Shown: piece by piece, positions 48,340 through 59,680 of the stretch
How positions within the stretch are numbered: the first letter of the stretch is position 1
Layout of the letters: every line of letters starts with the position of its first letter
The notes under the pieces: model-generated
Database searches by the model: none
What the model was told of the DNA's origin: nothing
Seen by the model: the letters and a program-made list of their open reading frames with translations, nothing else
Program-made: the position numbers and the translations under genes
Source: Pseudomonadota bacterium
Lineage (GTDB): Bacteria > Pseudomonadota > Gammaproteobacteria > Thiotrichales > Thiotrichaceae
Assembly: GCA_002747435.1 (NCBI GenBank)
Contig: PDPH01000052.1
Span: 4,416-68,415 of the forward strand
Direction of reading: 5' to 3'
Length of the DNA: 64,000 nucleotides

Positions 48340-48882
48340 ATGAATCCCTCTATTTATGAAATCAAGCAAGTCGACCTAGGTCGCTTATTTATCATGCCTT
48401 GTCCAGATGGCGACAGCTTGCAAGCTGACTTAAGCTATTACCGTACCTTGGGGATACGCAAAGTGGTCTCTCTACTTGAAGTGCGCGAAGCGGAAAACTG
48501 TGGTGTAGCGCAAGAAGAGCAACTTTGCCAAACGCTTGGCTTGGAATTTATGCAATACCCTATTCGTGATCGCCGCGCGCCAACAGACCAGCGCAGTTTC
48601 AAGAAAATAGTCACGCAATTATATAGCGAACTGCGCAGTGGTAAGAATATTGCTATTCACTGTTACGCTGGCATAGGTCGCACGGGTGTATTATCAGCTT
48701 GTTTATTGATAAAAGATGGAATGACTCCACAAGAAGCTGTGGAGTTACTTTCACAAAAGCGCGGCTGCGATATGCCACAAACGCAAGAGCAATATGATTT
48801 TTTGATTGATTACGAGCCAAACACAGGCAGTGACTCAGACACCTCGAAGTGCGGTGGTTTTTGGCGGCGCTTGTTTGCCTGA
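48340..48882 (+). CDS. Cys-based dual-specificity/tyrosine protein phosphatase-like protein
   Basis: CX5R P-loop HCYAGIGRTG with a downstream helix (LSACLLIK), 180 aa. Confidence 0.8.
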   Translation: MNPSIYEIKQVDLGRLFIMPCPDGDSLQADLSYYRTLGIRKVVSLLEVREAENCGVAQEEQLCQTLGLEFMQYPIRDRRAPTDQRSFKKIVTQLYSELRSGKNIAIHCYAGIGRTGVLSACLLIKDGMTPQEAVELLSQKRGCDMPQTQEQYDFLIDYEPNTGSDSDTSKCGGFWRRLFA

Positions 48883-48931
48883 TAGGCTCTTCAATAAAAC
48901 AAATAAAACAGCAAACTTGCGCTTTAGTGCC

Positions 48932-49510
48932 CTATTGCCAGTTTGCTGTTTGTTTATCCCTAGCTAACCACCAAGCCGCAGCAATGCCTGCCATGACACC
49001 GAATAAATGACCTTCCCATGACACACCGCGCTGCCAAGGCATTAGACCCGATACCAAGGTAGAGCCATAAAGCAAAACGACTAGCACAGCAATAAACAAG
49101 GGCAATGGACGACGTTCCAACAAACCTGAAACCACTAAAAAAGCTGCCAAACCAAACACTAAGCCACTCGCACCAATATGCAAAGAAGCCCCGCGTCCCA
49201 TTAACCAAAGCAATAAACCGCCCAGAATGACAATGACGAGCACTACTTTAATGCTGTCAGCCCGCGATCCGGCTAACAAAGTTAATAACACCAACAAAGG
49301 CACTGTATTACTCAGCAAATGCCCAAAGTTACCGTGTAGAAAGGGCATGGTAAAAATACCTACCAAGCCCCCCATGTCACGCGGAACCAGTCCATAATGA
49401 TCGAAACTTCCGGGTAAAACCAAGTCGCTCAGAAAAACCAGCCAAATCAAAGCTACAAAGGCCAGCATCATAGGCAACTCTTCACGTATGCGGTGAACAT
49501 GGTTTTTCAT
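48932..49510 (-). CDS. Rhomboid-family intramembrane serine protease
   Basis: Six TM helices, HGNFGHLLSN, a GASG catalytic Ser motif (IGASGLVFG), and the downstream His (GHLFG). Confidence 0.82.
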   Translation of the reverse strand: MKNHVHRIREELPMMLAFVALIWLVFLSDLVLPGSFDHYGLVPRDMGGLVGIFTMPFLHGNFGHLLSNTVPLLVLLTLLAGSRADSIKVVLVIVILGGLLLWLMGRGASLHIGASGLVFGLAAFLVVSGLLERRPLPLFIAVLVVLLYGSTLVSGLMPWQRGVSWEGHLFGVMAGIAAAWWLARDKQTANWQ

Positions 49511-49584
49511 GACTTTATCCTTTGCAACAGTGTTTCCCGGGTTTCTGTTCCCAATTCATGTTTTTACCATAAAACCAGATTCGC

Positions 49585-52287
49585 TTATGTCTTACTGACA
49601 TTATTAATCAAATGCTTAGTCACCAAAACAATACCTTCATCATAGCTGCTTTTTTGCCGTTCAAAGCCAAGACGTTGCATAAGCTTAAGCATACCGATAT
49701 TTTCAGCCAATACCTCGCCAATAATGGCGCGTAACCCTTTCCGGCGCGCCGTATCAATCAGGACTTGCATTAGCAAACCACCTAAACCACGCCCCTGCCA
49801 ATGATCTGCAATCACCAAAGCAAATTCGCAACTCAAACGATCTGGATTAATCGCATAACGACACACACCAATTTCGACCTCATGGCCATCTTGCTTGGCT
49901 AAAGCGACAAAAGCCACTTCACGGTCATAATCAATTTGCGTAAAGCGCACCAACATATCAGAGGTTAGCTCACGCAAAGACTGCATAAAGCGCATATAGC
50001 GCGACTCTTTGGAAAGATTGCGGACAAACTCTTGTTCCATCGCCGCATCTTCTGGACGAATCGGACGAATTAATATATTTGTCCCATCGGCTAATTGCTG
50101 ATATTTCACTAAATCATTCGGATAAGGATGAATCGCCATATGATCATAACGCTGTGACCCACCTTTAGGATAACCAACCGTAATGCAGGCATCGACAGCC
50201 ACCACGCCATCAGGATTAGCCATCAAAGGATTAATATCCATTTCCAGAATTTCTGGCATTTCACTTGCCAACTCAGAAACCCGCTGTAACACTTTGCGCA
50301 AAGCGGGAAAATTCACTTCTGGCATATTACGAAACTCGACCAACATGCGTGCAGCGCGAGTACGGCAAATGGTCTTTTTAATCATATAATCATTCAAAGG
50401 AGGCAAAACAACCGCACGATCACGATGTACCTCTACTGCTGTGCCGCCCGTACCAAAGCTAATCACAGGCCCAAACACAGGATCACGAACAAGACCCACC
50501 ATCAACTCACGCGCTGCCCGCCCACGATACATAGGTTCAACCGTGACACCATCAATCCGTGCATCCGGCTTATATTTACGCGCTGATTCCAGTAATTCTT
50601 GATAAATACTACGTACTGTGCGGGCGCTATTAATATTCAAACGCACACCATTTACATCAGACTTATGAATAATGTCTGGCGAGCTAATTTTCATCACTAC
50701 AGGATAACCAACCGACTCTGCGGCCACTAAAGCTTCCGCTGGGCTACGGGTAAGGATAGTCGGTACTGAAGGAATACGAAAAGCTGACAAAATAGCACGC
50801 GACTCGGTGATTGACAGGGAGCGCCGCCCTTCTGCCAACACACTTTCAATAATAAGACGTGCCCCTTCTATATCCGGCTCAGACGCTTGTGTTTCCACTG
50901 AAGCGGGTACTTGCACAAGCATTTTCTGATTACTGCGATAAGCAGTCAAATAAGAAAAAGCGTCTACCGCAGCTTCTGGCGTATTGAAGTGCGGAATACC
51001 TGCTTCAGAAAGTATTTTACGACCTTCACGGACGCGCGCTTCTCCCATCCAACAAGCGACTACCGGCTTGTTAAAGTCCTTGACTACCCGAGCCACTGCT
51101 TCGGCCACACCTGCTGGATTAGAAAAAGGTTGCGGGGTCAACATAACCAAAACACCATCAACTCCTTCATCTTCCAGACAAATTTTCAGAACAGCTTCAT
51201 AGCGCTCTGGTGTTGCATCACCTAAAATATCCGCAGGATTGTTTTTTGACCAAGTTGCTGGCAAAACCTTATTCATAGCGGCTAAAGCCTTTGTGGAAGG
51301 CTTAGGCACACGCAACCCTGCTGCAATGGCCTTATCCGTTGCCATAATGCCAAGGCCACCGCCATTGGTTAAAATCATTAAGCGATTTTGATTCACTGCA
51401 ATACCACTGGATAATATTTCTGCTGCGGAAAACAACTGCCCAACTGAATTAACCCGCACTACACCCGCCCTTTCTAAAGCGGCATCAAAGGCATCATCAC
51501 CACCTACAATAGCTCCCGTATGGGAACTCGCCGCTCGTGAGCCTTCTTCATAGCGCCCTGCTTTGAGCACAATCACAGGCTTCATTCGTGAAGCTGTCCG
51601 CAAACCACTCATAAAGCTGCGCGCATCCTTGACGGCTTCGACATACAGTAAAATACTGTCTGTCTTAATATCCATTGCCAAATAATCCAGCACATCGCCA
51701 AAGCTGACGTCGGCAGCATCACCTAATGTAACCACCGCAGAAAAGCCAACTTGTCGAGCTTCGGCCCAATCCAGAATAGAAGTACAAACGGCGTCTGACT
51801 GAGATACCAAGGCCATTCGCCCTAATTTAGCCTGATTATAGCCAACGGTGGCATTTAGTTTGGTAGGGGGACGCATAATTCCTAGGCAATTCGGACCAAC
51901 AATGTGCATGTCATATTGGCGTGCTAGGTCGATGGCATCTTTTTCTAGTTTTTTGCCACGCACCCCGGTTTCGGCAAAACCAGCCGATAGAATAATCGCG
52001 CCTTTCACACCATGCTCGCCGCATTGATGCAAAATACTGCTGACTGTTTTGGCTGGTGTGGCAATAATAGCAAGATCGATAGTATGACCAATTGCAGAAA
52101 GATCAGCTTGGCAAGCCAAGCCTTGTAAAGTCTCATACTTAGGATTAACCGGGTAGATTTTACCTTCAAACCCGGCGGCCAAAATATTCTTTAGTACCAG
52201 CGTGCCTTGGGCACTTTCACGCTCGCTGGCTCCGAACACAGCAATACTACTTGGTTCGAATAATTGATTTAGGTAGTGGAGACCCAT
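49585..52287 (-). CDS. Protein lysine acetyltransferase, Pat/YfiQ type (ADP-forming acyl-CoA synthetase-like domains + C-terminal GNAT)
   Basis: 900 aa with an N-terminal CoA-binding domain (SIAVFGAS...KIYPVNPK), an ATP-grasp-like middle and a C-terminal GNAT motif A (WQGRGLGGLLM). Confidence 0.88.
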   Translation of the reverse strand: MGLHYLNQLFEPSSIAVFGASERESAQGTLVLKNILAAGFEGKIYPVNPKYETLQGLACQADLSAIGHTIDLAIIATPAKTVSSILHQCGEHGVKGAIILSAGFAETGVRGKKLEKDAIDLARQYDMHIVGPNCLGIMRPPTKLNATVGYNQAKLGRMALVSQSDAVCTSILDWAEARQVGFSAVVTLGDAADVSFGDVLDYLAMDIKTDSILLYVEAVKDARSFMSGLRTASRMKPVIVLKAGRYEEGSRAASSHTGAIVGGDDAFDAALERAGVVRVNSVGQLFSAAEILSSGIAVNQNRLMILTNGGGLGIMATDKAIAAGLRVPKPSTKALAAMNKVLPATWSKNNPADILGDATPERYEAVLKICLEDEGVDGVLVMLTPQPFSNPAGVAEAVARVVKDFNKPVVACWMGEARVREGRKILSEAGIPHFNTPEAAVDAFSYLTAYRSNQKMLVQVPASVETQASEPDIEGARLIIESVLAEGRRSLSITESRAILSAFRIPSVPTILTRSPAEALVAAESVGYPVVMKISSPDIIHKSDVNGVRLNINSARTVRSIYQELLESARKYKPDARIDGVTVEPMYRGRAARELMVGLVRDPVFGPVISFGTGGTAVEVHRDRAVVLPPLNDYMIKKTICRTRAARMLVEFRNMPEVNFPALRKVLQRVSELASEMPEILEMDINPLMANPDGVVAVDACITVGYPKGGSQRYDHMAIHPYPNDLVKYQQLADGTNILIRPIRPEDAAMEQEFVRNLSKESRYMRFMQSLRELTSDMLVRFTQIDYDREVAFVALAKQDGHEVEIGVCRYAINPDRLSCEFALVIADHWQGRGLGGLLMQVLIDTARRKGLRAIIGEVLAENIGMLKLMQRLGFERQKSSYDEGIVLVTKHLINNVSKT

Positions 52288-52397
52288 GGCAAAAACCTCT
52301 AGAATGTTTTCCTTGTGCCTCTGTAACAGAGACGCGCCGCTAACGAAATAATTTTGTGCATTGCAGCATATTCTACTCCTAACAGGCAGAAAATACC

Positions 52398-53336
52398 ATG
52401 ACAGCAGCAGTAATTAGTCACCATAATTGCTCCTTACACGACAATGGGAATGTCGATCACCCTGAATGTCCAGAGCGCTTAGATGCCATTAATAACCGTA
52501 TGATCACCTCGGGAGTAGACTGGATTACACGTCATTATGATGCTCACCCAGCAACACGCGAACAATTACTGCGCGTACACGATGAGTATTATGTTGGCAA
52601 GGTTTACCGAACAGCCCCCAAGGATGAGCGTACCGTAACACTCGATGGTGAAACCGCCATGAATCAATACTCGTTGGAGGCCGCTCTGCTATCGGCAGGT
52701 GCAGCCGTACAGGCTGTTGATCTGGTCATGGATAATAATCCAGCCCATAAACACGTTTTTTGCGCTACCCGCCCGCCCGGACATCATGCCGGACACGGTC
52801 ATGCTGCTGGCTTCTGTATTTTTAATAATGTTGCTGTCGGTGCAGCCCATGCCTTAGAGCATTATGGACTAGAACGGGTTGCTGTGATTGATTTCGATGT
52901 ACATCACGGTGATGGTACAGAGCAAATTTTCAGCAATGAACCACGAGTGCTATTTTGTTCTTCTTTCCAGCACCCTTACTACCCCTTTACAGGGGCAGAT
53001 ACTCATCTGCCAAATATGATTAACTTGCCTATGAAGGCCGGCACACGCTCGGCAGAGTGGCGTCAGGCCGTTTCAGAAAAGTGGCTACCCGCTTTGGACG
53101 AATTTCAGCCTCACTTGATTATGATTTCAGCCGGTTTTGACTCTCATCTGGAAGATGATATGGGTGGTTTTAACCTAGTTGAACAGGATTATGTGTGGAT
53201 TACCCGCGCACTGTGCGAAATTGCTAAAAAACATGGTGCAGGACGTGTTGTATCCTGTCTGGAAGGGGGTTATGAGTTATCTTCATTAGGCCGCAGTGTG
53301 GCTGCACATGTAAAAGAATTAGCCGAATTTCACTGA
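52398..53336 (+). CDS. Histone-deacetylase-family (Zn-dependent) deacetylase/amidohydrolase
   Basis: RPPGHHA, DFDVHHGDGT and EGGY motifs of the class II HDAC/AcuC/Aph family. Confidence 0.9.
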   Translation: MTAAVISHHNCSLHDNGNVDHPECPERLDAINNRMITSGVDWITRHYDAHPATREQLLRVHDEYYVGKVYRTAPKDERTVTLDGETAMNQYSLEAALLSAGAAVQAVDLVMDNNPAHKHVFCATRPPGHHAGHGHAAGFCIFNNVAVGAAHALEHYGLERVAVIDFDVHHGDGTEQIFSNEPRVLFCSSFQHPYYPFTGADTHLPNMINLPMKAGTRSAEWRQAVSEKWLPALDEFQPHLIMISAGFDSHLEDDMGGFNLVEQDYVWITRALCEIAKKHGAGRVVSCLEGGYELSSLGRSVAAHVKELAEFH

Positions 53337-53411
53337 AAAGCTTTAAAACCCTTTACCCAGCCTAGTTTTATCCTCCTTGTTCAAGAGGAGGACGGAATAG
53401 TGGCGGCCTTA

Positions 53412-54161
53412 TTACAATAAACTTTCCACCAAAGCTAAATCAGCCTCTGTATCCACACCAGGCCCTGGTATGACCTTAGCCACATCCACATGAACGGGGA
53501 AGCCATGAAACAAGGCGCGTAATTGTTCCAATTTTTCTAACTTTTCCAATGGACAAGGGGGTAAAGCCGCAAAAGCTCTTAAGAAGGCTGCACGATAAGC
53601 ATATAGGCCAATATGCCGCAACGCATAAGCAGGCACAGGTGACTTGTTTGTTTTATGCGCATCCCGCTGCATAGGAATCGGAGCACGACTAAAGTACAAG
53701 GCCATACCGCGTTGATCACACACGACTTTAACAATATTAGGATCGTTTAATTCATGCTCGTTTTGCAGCGGTGTTGCTAGCGTAGCTAGCATCGCATCCG
53801 TATGCTGTGCCATATTAGCCGCTAGCTGATACAAATTTTCTACCGGCGTTAAGGGCTCATCCCCTTGCAAATTCACCACAATGGTTTCATCCGGCCAAGC
53901 ATAATGACTCACGACTTCAGCCAGACGATCACTGCCACTTTCGTGTGTATTGGCCGTCATGCACACTTCAGCACCAAAGCCTTCACACACTTGGCGAATA
54001 CGCTCATCATCAGTAGCAATAATAATTTTTTCAAAGCCTTGTGCAGCTTGTGCACGTTCAAACACATGCTGCACCAAGGTTTTACCCTTTAATAAACGCA
54101 AGGCTTTAGCCGGTAAACGGGTCGAGGCGTAACGAACGGGAATCACTAGAAACGGTTTCAT
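53412..54161 (-). CDS. kdsB: 3-deoxy-manno-octulosonate cytidylyltransferase
   Basis: [22 protein letters not shown] and GLYAYR motifs. Confidence 0.94.
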   Translation of the reverse strand: MKPFLVIPVRYASTRLPAKALRLLKGKTLVQHVFERAQAAQGFEKIIIATDDERIRQVCEGFGAEVCMTANTHESGSDRLAEVVSHYAWPDETIVVNLQGDEPLTPVENLYQLAANMAQHTDAMLATLATPLQNEHELNDPNIVKVVCDQRGMALYFSRAPIPMQRDAHKTNKSPVPAYALRHIGLYAYRAAFLRAFAALPPCPLEKLEKLEQLRALFHGFPVHVDVAKVIPGPGVDTEADLALVESLL

Positions 54162-54349
54162 TCAGCCAGCTTCTCCACCTCTTCCTGTGTCAAGCTGCGT
54201 GCTTCTTCCTCTAACATAATCGGCATACCCTGACGAATGGGGTAAGCTAAACGGGCAGACTTAGAAATAAGCTCTTGGGCACGCTTGTCATAAATCAGTT
54301 TGCCCTTAGTCACTGGACACACCAGTATGTCGAGTAGTTTTTTGTCCAT
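54158..54349 (-). CDS. ycaR: Trm112/YcaR-family (UPF0434) small protein
   Basis: [18 protein letters not shown]...[20 protein letters not shown] 54349, with an ATGA overlap with the kdsB start. The track ORF is extended upstream. Confidence 0.85.
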   Translation of the reverse strand: MDKKLLDILVCPVTKGKLIYDKRAQELISKSARLAYPIRQGMPIMLEEEARSLTQEEVEKLAE

Positions 54350-55367
54350 CTTGAGATACCTCTTCAATACGCTGCAAAAAAGCGGCGGCAAAATCTTGAT
54401 CCAATTCAGCCCGTACCGGCAAATACCAGTAAGGTACTGCTGTATTTTCATCCAATAAGAATCGACATTTTACCGCATCCTTTTCCGTCATAATGACTGG
54501 CCACCGATCGGCAAAACAGATTTCATCACCTCGAAATAAATGGTGATCAGGGAAAACATGCGGCTGGTATTGAATGCCTGCTTGCTCTAACACTGCAAAA
54601 AAGCGTTGCGGATTGCCAATGGCGGTCACTGCATGAACTATTTTGCCACGCAGGGTAGTGAGTGGTAATTGCTCGGCTGGCTGAAGCAAAGCCTGCAAAG
54701 TATCACCACTGATCAACATACTATATTCATCAGCTTTTGTTGCCTTACCATTAACCACCCTAAAATCACATGCTTGCAAGCGACTTGGCTTTTCACGCAA
54801 AGGTCCTGCGGGTAAGCACGCACCATTACCGCAACGCCTTTCACCATCAATGACCACAATCTCCATAGCTCGCCCCATGCGGTAATGCTGCAAACCATCA
54901 TCAGACAACACGACATCACAGTGCTGAGCCGCCAGCAAAGCACGAATAGCTGCCGGTCTATTTCGCCCGATAAATACCGGTACTTGAGCACGCATTGCCA
55001 ATAATAAAGCTTCATCACCGACATCTTCCGGGTGACTATGATAAGTGACTACGCGCACCATCTGCTTATCAGGCCGCGCGCCGTAACCACGACTGACAAT
55101 GCCAACGCGATAGCCTGCCTGCTGTAATAACTCAGTCAAATAAAGCGTCAATGGGGTTTTGCCAGTGCCGCCGACGCTAATATTACCAATCACAACCACC
55201 GGCACTTTAAACACTTGTTGCCGTGCTTGTAAATAAACTCGACGCACCCACACAGCCAAACAAAACAAAACACTCCAAGGCCACAGCAAAGCTTTAGCCA
55301 GTGGACGCCTGCCATACCACACTGACTCTAGCCAATGAATCAGCGGCATAAAATTATTGCTATTCAT
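54306..55367 (-). CDS. lpxK: Tetraacyldisaccharide 4'-kinase
   Basis: P-loop [12 protein letters not shown] and SRGYG motifs. The 3' end overlaps the ycaR start by 44 nt. Confidence 0.92.
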   Translation of the reverse strand: MNSNNFMPLIHWLESVWYGRRPLAKALLWPWSVLFCLAVWVRRVYLQARQQVFKVPVVVIGNISVGGTGKTPLTLYLTELLQQAGYRVGIVSRGYGARPDKQMVRVVTYHSHPEDVGDEALLLAMRAQVPVFIGRNRPAAIRALLAAQHCDVVLSDDGLQHYRMGRAMEIVVIDGERRCGNGACLPAGPLREKPSRLQACDFRVVNGKATKADEYSMLISGDTLQALLQPAEQLPLTTLRGKIVHAVTAIGNPQRFFAVLEQAGIQYQPHVFPDHHLFRGDEICFADRWPVIMTEKDAVKCRFLLDENTAVPYWYLPVRAELDQDFAAAFLQRIEEVSQDGQKTTRHTGVSSD

Positions 55368-57133
55368 GGGCTAGTGTACACTGTAGTTTCACTGAATTGC
55401 ATCGCATACAGTCTGGCGTATTGACCGGCTAAAGCCATGAGTTCAGCATGCGTACCTGATTCAATAATTGCACCTGCTTGCATTACCAAAATACAGTCAG
55501 CATTTTCAATCGTAGACAAGCGGTGTGCAATCATAAAAGTAGTGCGACCTTGTAACAAATGCTCCAAACCATCTTTAATATAACGCTCTGACTCTGTATC
55601 CAATGCCGAGGTCGCCTCATCCAGAATCAAAATAGGCGCATCCGCTAAAATGGCGCGGGCAATCGCAAGACGCTGACGCTGCCCACCGGATAAGAGCACA
55701 CCATTATCGCCAATGACCGTGTCCATACCCTGTGGTAATTTTTCAATAAACTCCAGTGCATGAGCCGTTTCTGCGACTAGGCGGATTTTTTCTTCTGACA
55801 CTGCTTGCATTTCGCCATAAGCAATATTATTGCGCACCGTGTCATTAAACAGCACCGTATCCTGTCCCACATAGGCCACTTGTCGACGCAAATCATGCAG
55901 TGGTATTTGGTTTAACTCAATGCCATCCAGCAAAATACGTCCTTGCTGATAGTCATAAAAACGTACCAACAAATTCACTAAAGTCGTTTTGCCACAACCA
56001 GATTTACCCACCAGCGCTATTTTCTGGCCGGGTTCTACTTTAAAACTAATATTTTCTAATATTGGTGATTCGCTATTAGGGTAATAAAAGCTCACTTTAT
56101 CAAACACTAGCTGGCCTCGACTACGCCCCAAGGCTTGCTTGCCCTGATCAAGCTCACTAGCTTCATCTAACAAACGAAAAATGCTATCTCCTGCCGCGAT
56201 ACCCTTTTGTAGCTGAGCATTAAGCTGGGTAAGATTACGAATCGGTGTCAGCATAAAAATCATGGCCGTAATAAACGACATAAAAACACCTGGCGTCAGG
56301 CCGCTTTCCAAAGTAGAGGGGCGCGTTGCCATATACACAATCACCGCCAAAGCGATTGCAACCATAAACTGAACCAAAGGGGTGCTGAGCAATTCTGTTA
56401 ATAGCCGCTTTACTTCCAAGTGCATATTACGCTCATTAGCTCGAGCAAAGCGCTCCGCTTCGTACTTTTCACCATTAAAAATACGAATCACTTTATAGCC
56501 TTGCAGCATTTCATTAGCCACACTCGTAACTGTACTCATGGAAGTTTGTACACTCTGGCTGAGTTTACGCAAGCGACGGGTAGCATAAACAACTACGGCG
56601 GCAATTAAGGGAAGTACGACCAATAAAGTCAGTGTAAGCTGCCAGCTACGATAAAACATTAAGCATAACAAACCTACAACAGTCACCGACTCTTGGATTA
56701 ATGTCGTCAAACCACGGGTCGCTGCGGTCATTAACTGATCAACGTAATAAGTCAGATAAGCCAATAATTTACCGGAACTGTGTTGCTGAAAGTAATTAAC
56801 CGGCAAGTGTAACAGGTGATGAAATAATTCATTGCGCACTTGCTGCACCACCTTGCGCCCCACCCTACCCATAAAATAACCGGCGCTAAAGCTTGTCACC
56901 CCCCGCAGCAAAAAAATGCCTAAAATACCCAAAGGCAACCAATGAATCACCTCAGGGTCTTGCTGCATAATGGCACGATCCAGCAAAGGTCCCATAATCC
57001 AAGCAAATAGCGGCTGAGTTAAAGCACTAACAGCCAAAGCACCAACAGCAAATAGCAGATAAGGCCAATAATGAATCGAATAAGCAACCAATCTGCGATA
57101 AACCTGCAAACCGGTAGTCCGGCTTTTATTCAT
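55364..57133 (-). CDS. msbA: Lipid A export ABC transporter permease/ATPase
   Basis: Six-TM domain plus an NBD (GKSGCGKTT, LSGGQRQRLAIARA, ILILDEATSALD), positioned upstream of lpxK. Confidence 0.93.
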   Translation of the reverse strand: MNKSRTTGLQVYRRLVAYSIHYWPYLLFAVGALAVSALTQPLFAWIMGPLLDRAIMQQDPEVIHWLPLGILGIFLLRGVTSFSAGYFMGRVGRKVVQQVRNELFHHLLHLPVNYFQQHSSGKLLAYLTYYVDQLMTAATRGLTTLIQESVTVVGLLCLMFYRSWQLTLTLLVVLPLIAAVVVYATRRLRKLSQSVQTSMSTVTSVANEMLQGYKVIRIFNGEKYEAERFARANERNMHLEVKRLLTELLSTPLVQFMVAIALAVIVYMATRPSTLESGLTPGVFMSFITAMIFMLTPIRNLTQLNAQLQKGIAAGDSIFRLLDEASELDQGKQALGRSRGQLVFDKVSFYYPNSESPILENISFKVEPGQKIALVGKSGCGKTTLVNLLVRFYDYQQGRILLDGIELNQIPLHDLRRQVAYVGQDTVLFNDTVRNNIAYGEMQAVSEEKIRLVAETAHALEFIEKLPQGMDTVIGDNGVLLSGGQRQRLAIARAILADAPILILDEATSALDTESERYIKDGLEHLLQGRTTFMIAHRLSTIENADCILVMQAGAIIESGTHAELMALAGQYARLYAMQFSETTVYTSP

Positions 57134-57140
57134 GCGCCCC

Positions 57141-57581
57141 CTATGGCTTAGTATCTTTTTTACGTTCAGTCTGGGTAGTCACAATGGCAAAATTCGTCAA
57201 CCCCAAACGCCCAGCAATATCCATTGCTGTGACCACCGATTGATGTTTAACATCAGCATCCGCTAAAATGACTAAAGGTGGCTCATCTTTCAGCTCATTC
57301 AGTACTTGGGTCATGGCTTGAAACAAGGTTTCAGGCTTATTATTCAAGACTTCACGACCATTAATATAATAGCGCCCTTGACTGTCAATAATCAGCTCTA
57401 ATCTATCCTGCGCTTGAGATTGCTCGACCGCATTATCCGCTGTTGGCAGTGCTATCTTGATTTCAGCATTACGATCAAATGTGGTGGTAACCATAAAAAA
57501 CATCAATAGCGAAAACACAACATCAATCAGCGGTGTCAAATCAACATCAACAGCCTGCTGCGCATACGGACGAAAATTCAT
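57141..57581 (-). CDS. exbD: ExbD/TolR-family biopolymer transport protein
   Basis: DLTPLIDVVFSLLMFFMV TM motif, 146 aa. Confidence 0.85.
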   Translation of the reverse strand: MNFRPYAQQAVDVDLTPLIDVVFSLLMFFMVTTTFDRNAEIKIALPTADNAVEQSQAQDRLELIIDSQGRYYINGREVLNNKPETLFQAMTQVLNELKDEPPLVILADADVKHQSVVTAMDIAGRLGLTNFAIVTTQTERKKDTKP

Positions 57582-58300
57582 GCAGTACCCCCTCGAGCAG
57601 CCCGTGCAGCAGCAATTTTATTATTCGCAGCCATCGCAGCAGCACTCATGCCAGCACTTGTTGAAGCCGATGAAGTAGCTACAGCCGGTGCTGGTTTATT
57701 ATTTTGGTTCACCAACTCAATCAGCTTAACCGCCTCACGCTCCATCTCGACGACATAATTATCCACTTTAGCCTTGAAGTAACGATGAAAAATCAACGCA
57801 ACAATGGCTACCGAAATACCCGCAGCTGTTGTAAACAAGGCTTGGGAAATACCACCTGCCACCGTAGCCGGATCACCGACTCCAGCCTGATTAATCTGGC
57901 TAAAGGCTATAATCATGCCTAAAACCGTGCCTAATAAGCCCATTAAAGGTGTCGTTGCTGCAATTGTACCTAATGCAGTCAAATAACGTTCCAAACGGTG
58001 GGCGGCATGTCGCCCAGCCTCTTCAACATTTTCCTTAATAATATGGCGCGGTAATGAACTGCTGGATAAACCTGCCGCTAGGATACTTCCCATCACTGAA
58101 TTATTACGCAATTTTTCAATAGCTTCTTGCGGCACACGCCCAGCCGCTGCCATTTTTCGGGCAAATTCAATATCCCCCGGAGGAATGACTTTACTGCTTC
58201 GCAAGGAAAGGAATCGCTCAATAATAATGGCCATCGCCATTACGGAGCTCAGGATGATGGGAACCATCAACCAGCCACCAGCCCTGATAAATTCGATCAT
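57578..58300 (-). CDS. exbB: MotA/TolQ/ExbB-family proton channel protein
   Basis: Three TM helices with the LGLLGTVLGMI and ALFTTAAG motifs, plus an Ala-rich C-terminal tail. Confidence 0.85.
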   Translation of the reverse strand: MIEFIRAGGWLMVPIILSSVMAMAIIIERFLSLRSSKVIPPGDIEFARKMAAAGRVPQEAIEKLRNNSVMGSILAAGLSSSSLPRHIIKENVEEAGRHAAHRLERYLTALGTIAATTPLMGLLGTVLGMIIAFSQINQAGVGDPATVAGGISQALFTTAAGISVAIVALIFHRYFKAKVDNYVVEMEREAVKLIELVNQNNKPAPAVATSSASTSAGMSAAAMAANNKIAAARAARGGTA

Positions 58301-58476
58301 TGTTTAAGCCTCATACTTTTTATCAATTTAGCCCAAATATCAGACACGCACGACAGGCAGCCATTGTCGCCATTAGGTAACAACCCTCGCTGAACGTTAC
58401 CTTATAAATTTACCTGAATACGCCAAAATTACCGCAAATTGTCACTAATTCAGCCATTCACTGAAAATACTCCGTT

Positions 58477-59514
<1,038 letters not shown>

Positions 59515-59680
59515 CTATTTTGCAACAAAACAGGGGTATTTTACCAGTTTATGACCTTTTCTAATATGAAATGAGACTGAAACGGTGGTTTGATTCCAGC
59601 ATGAAGTGAGCCAAAATTGAGACGATAGCGCGAACGGTGTATTTGCCTAACGCCAAACGGTTGAGACAAATACAAGAAAC

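Noticed and set aside
54350-54451. Upstream extension of the ycaR ORF
   Set aside because: The Trm112/YcaR family starts at [12 protein letters not shown] (ATG 54349). The extension lies inside lpxK.
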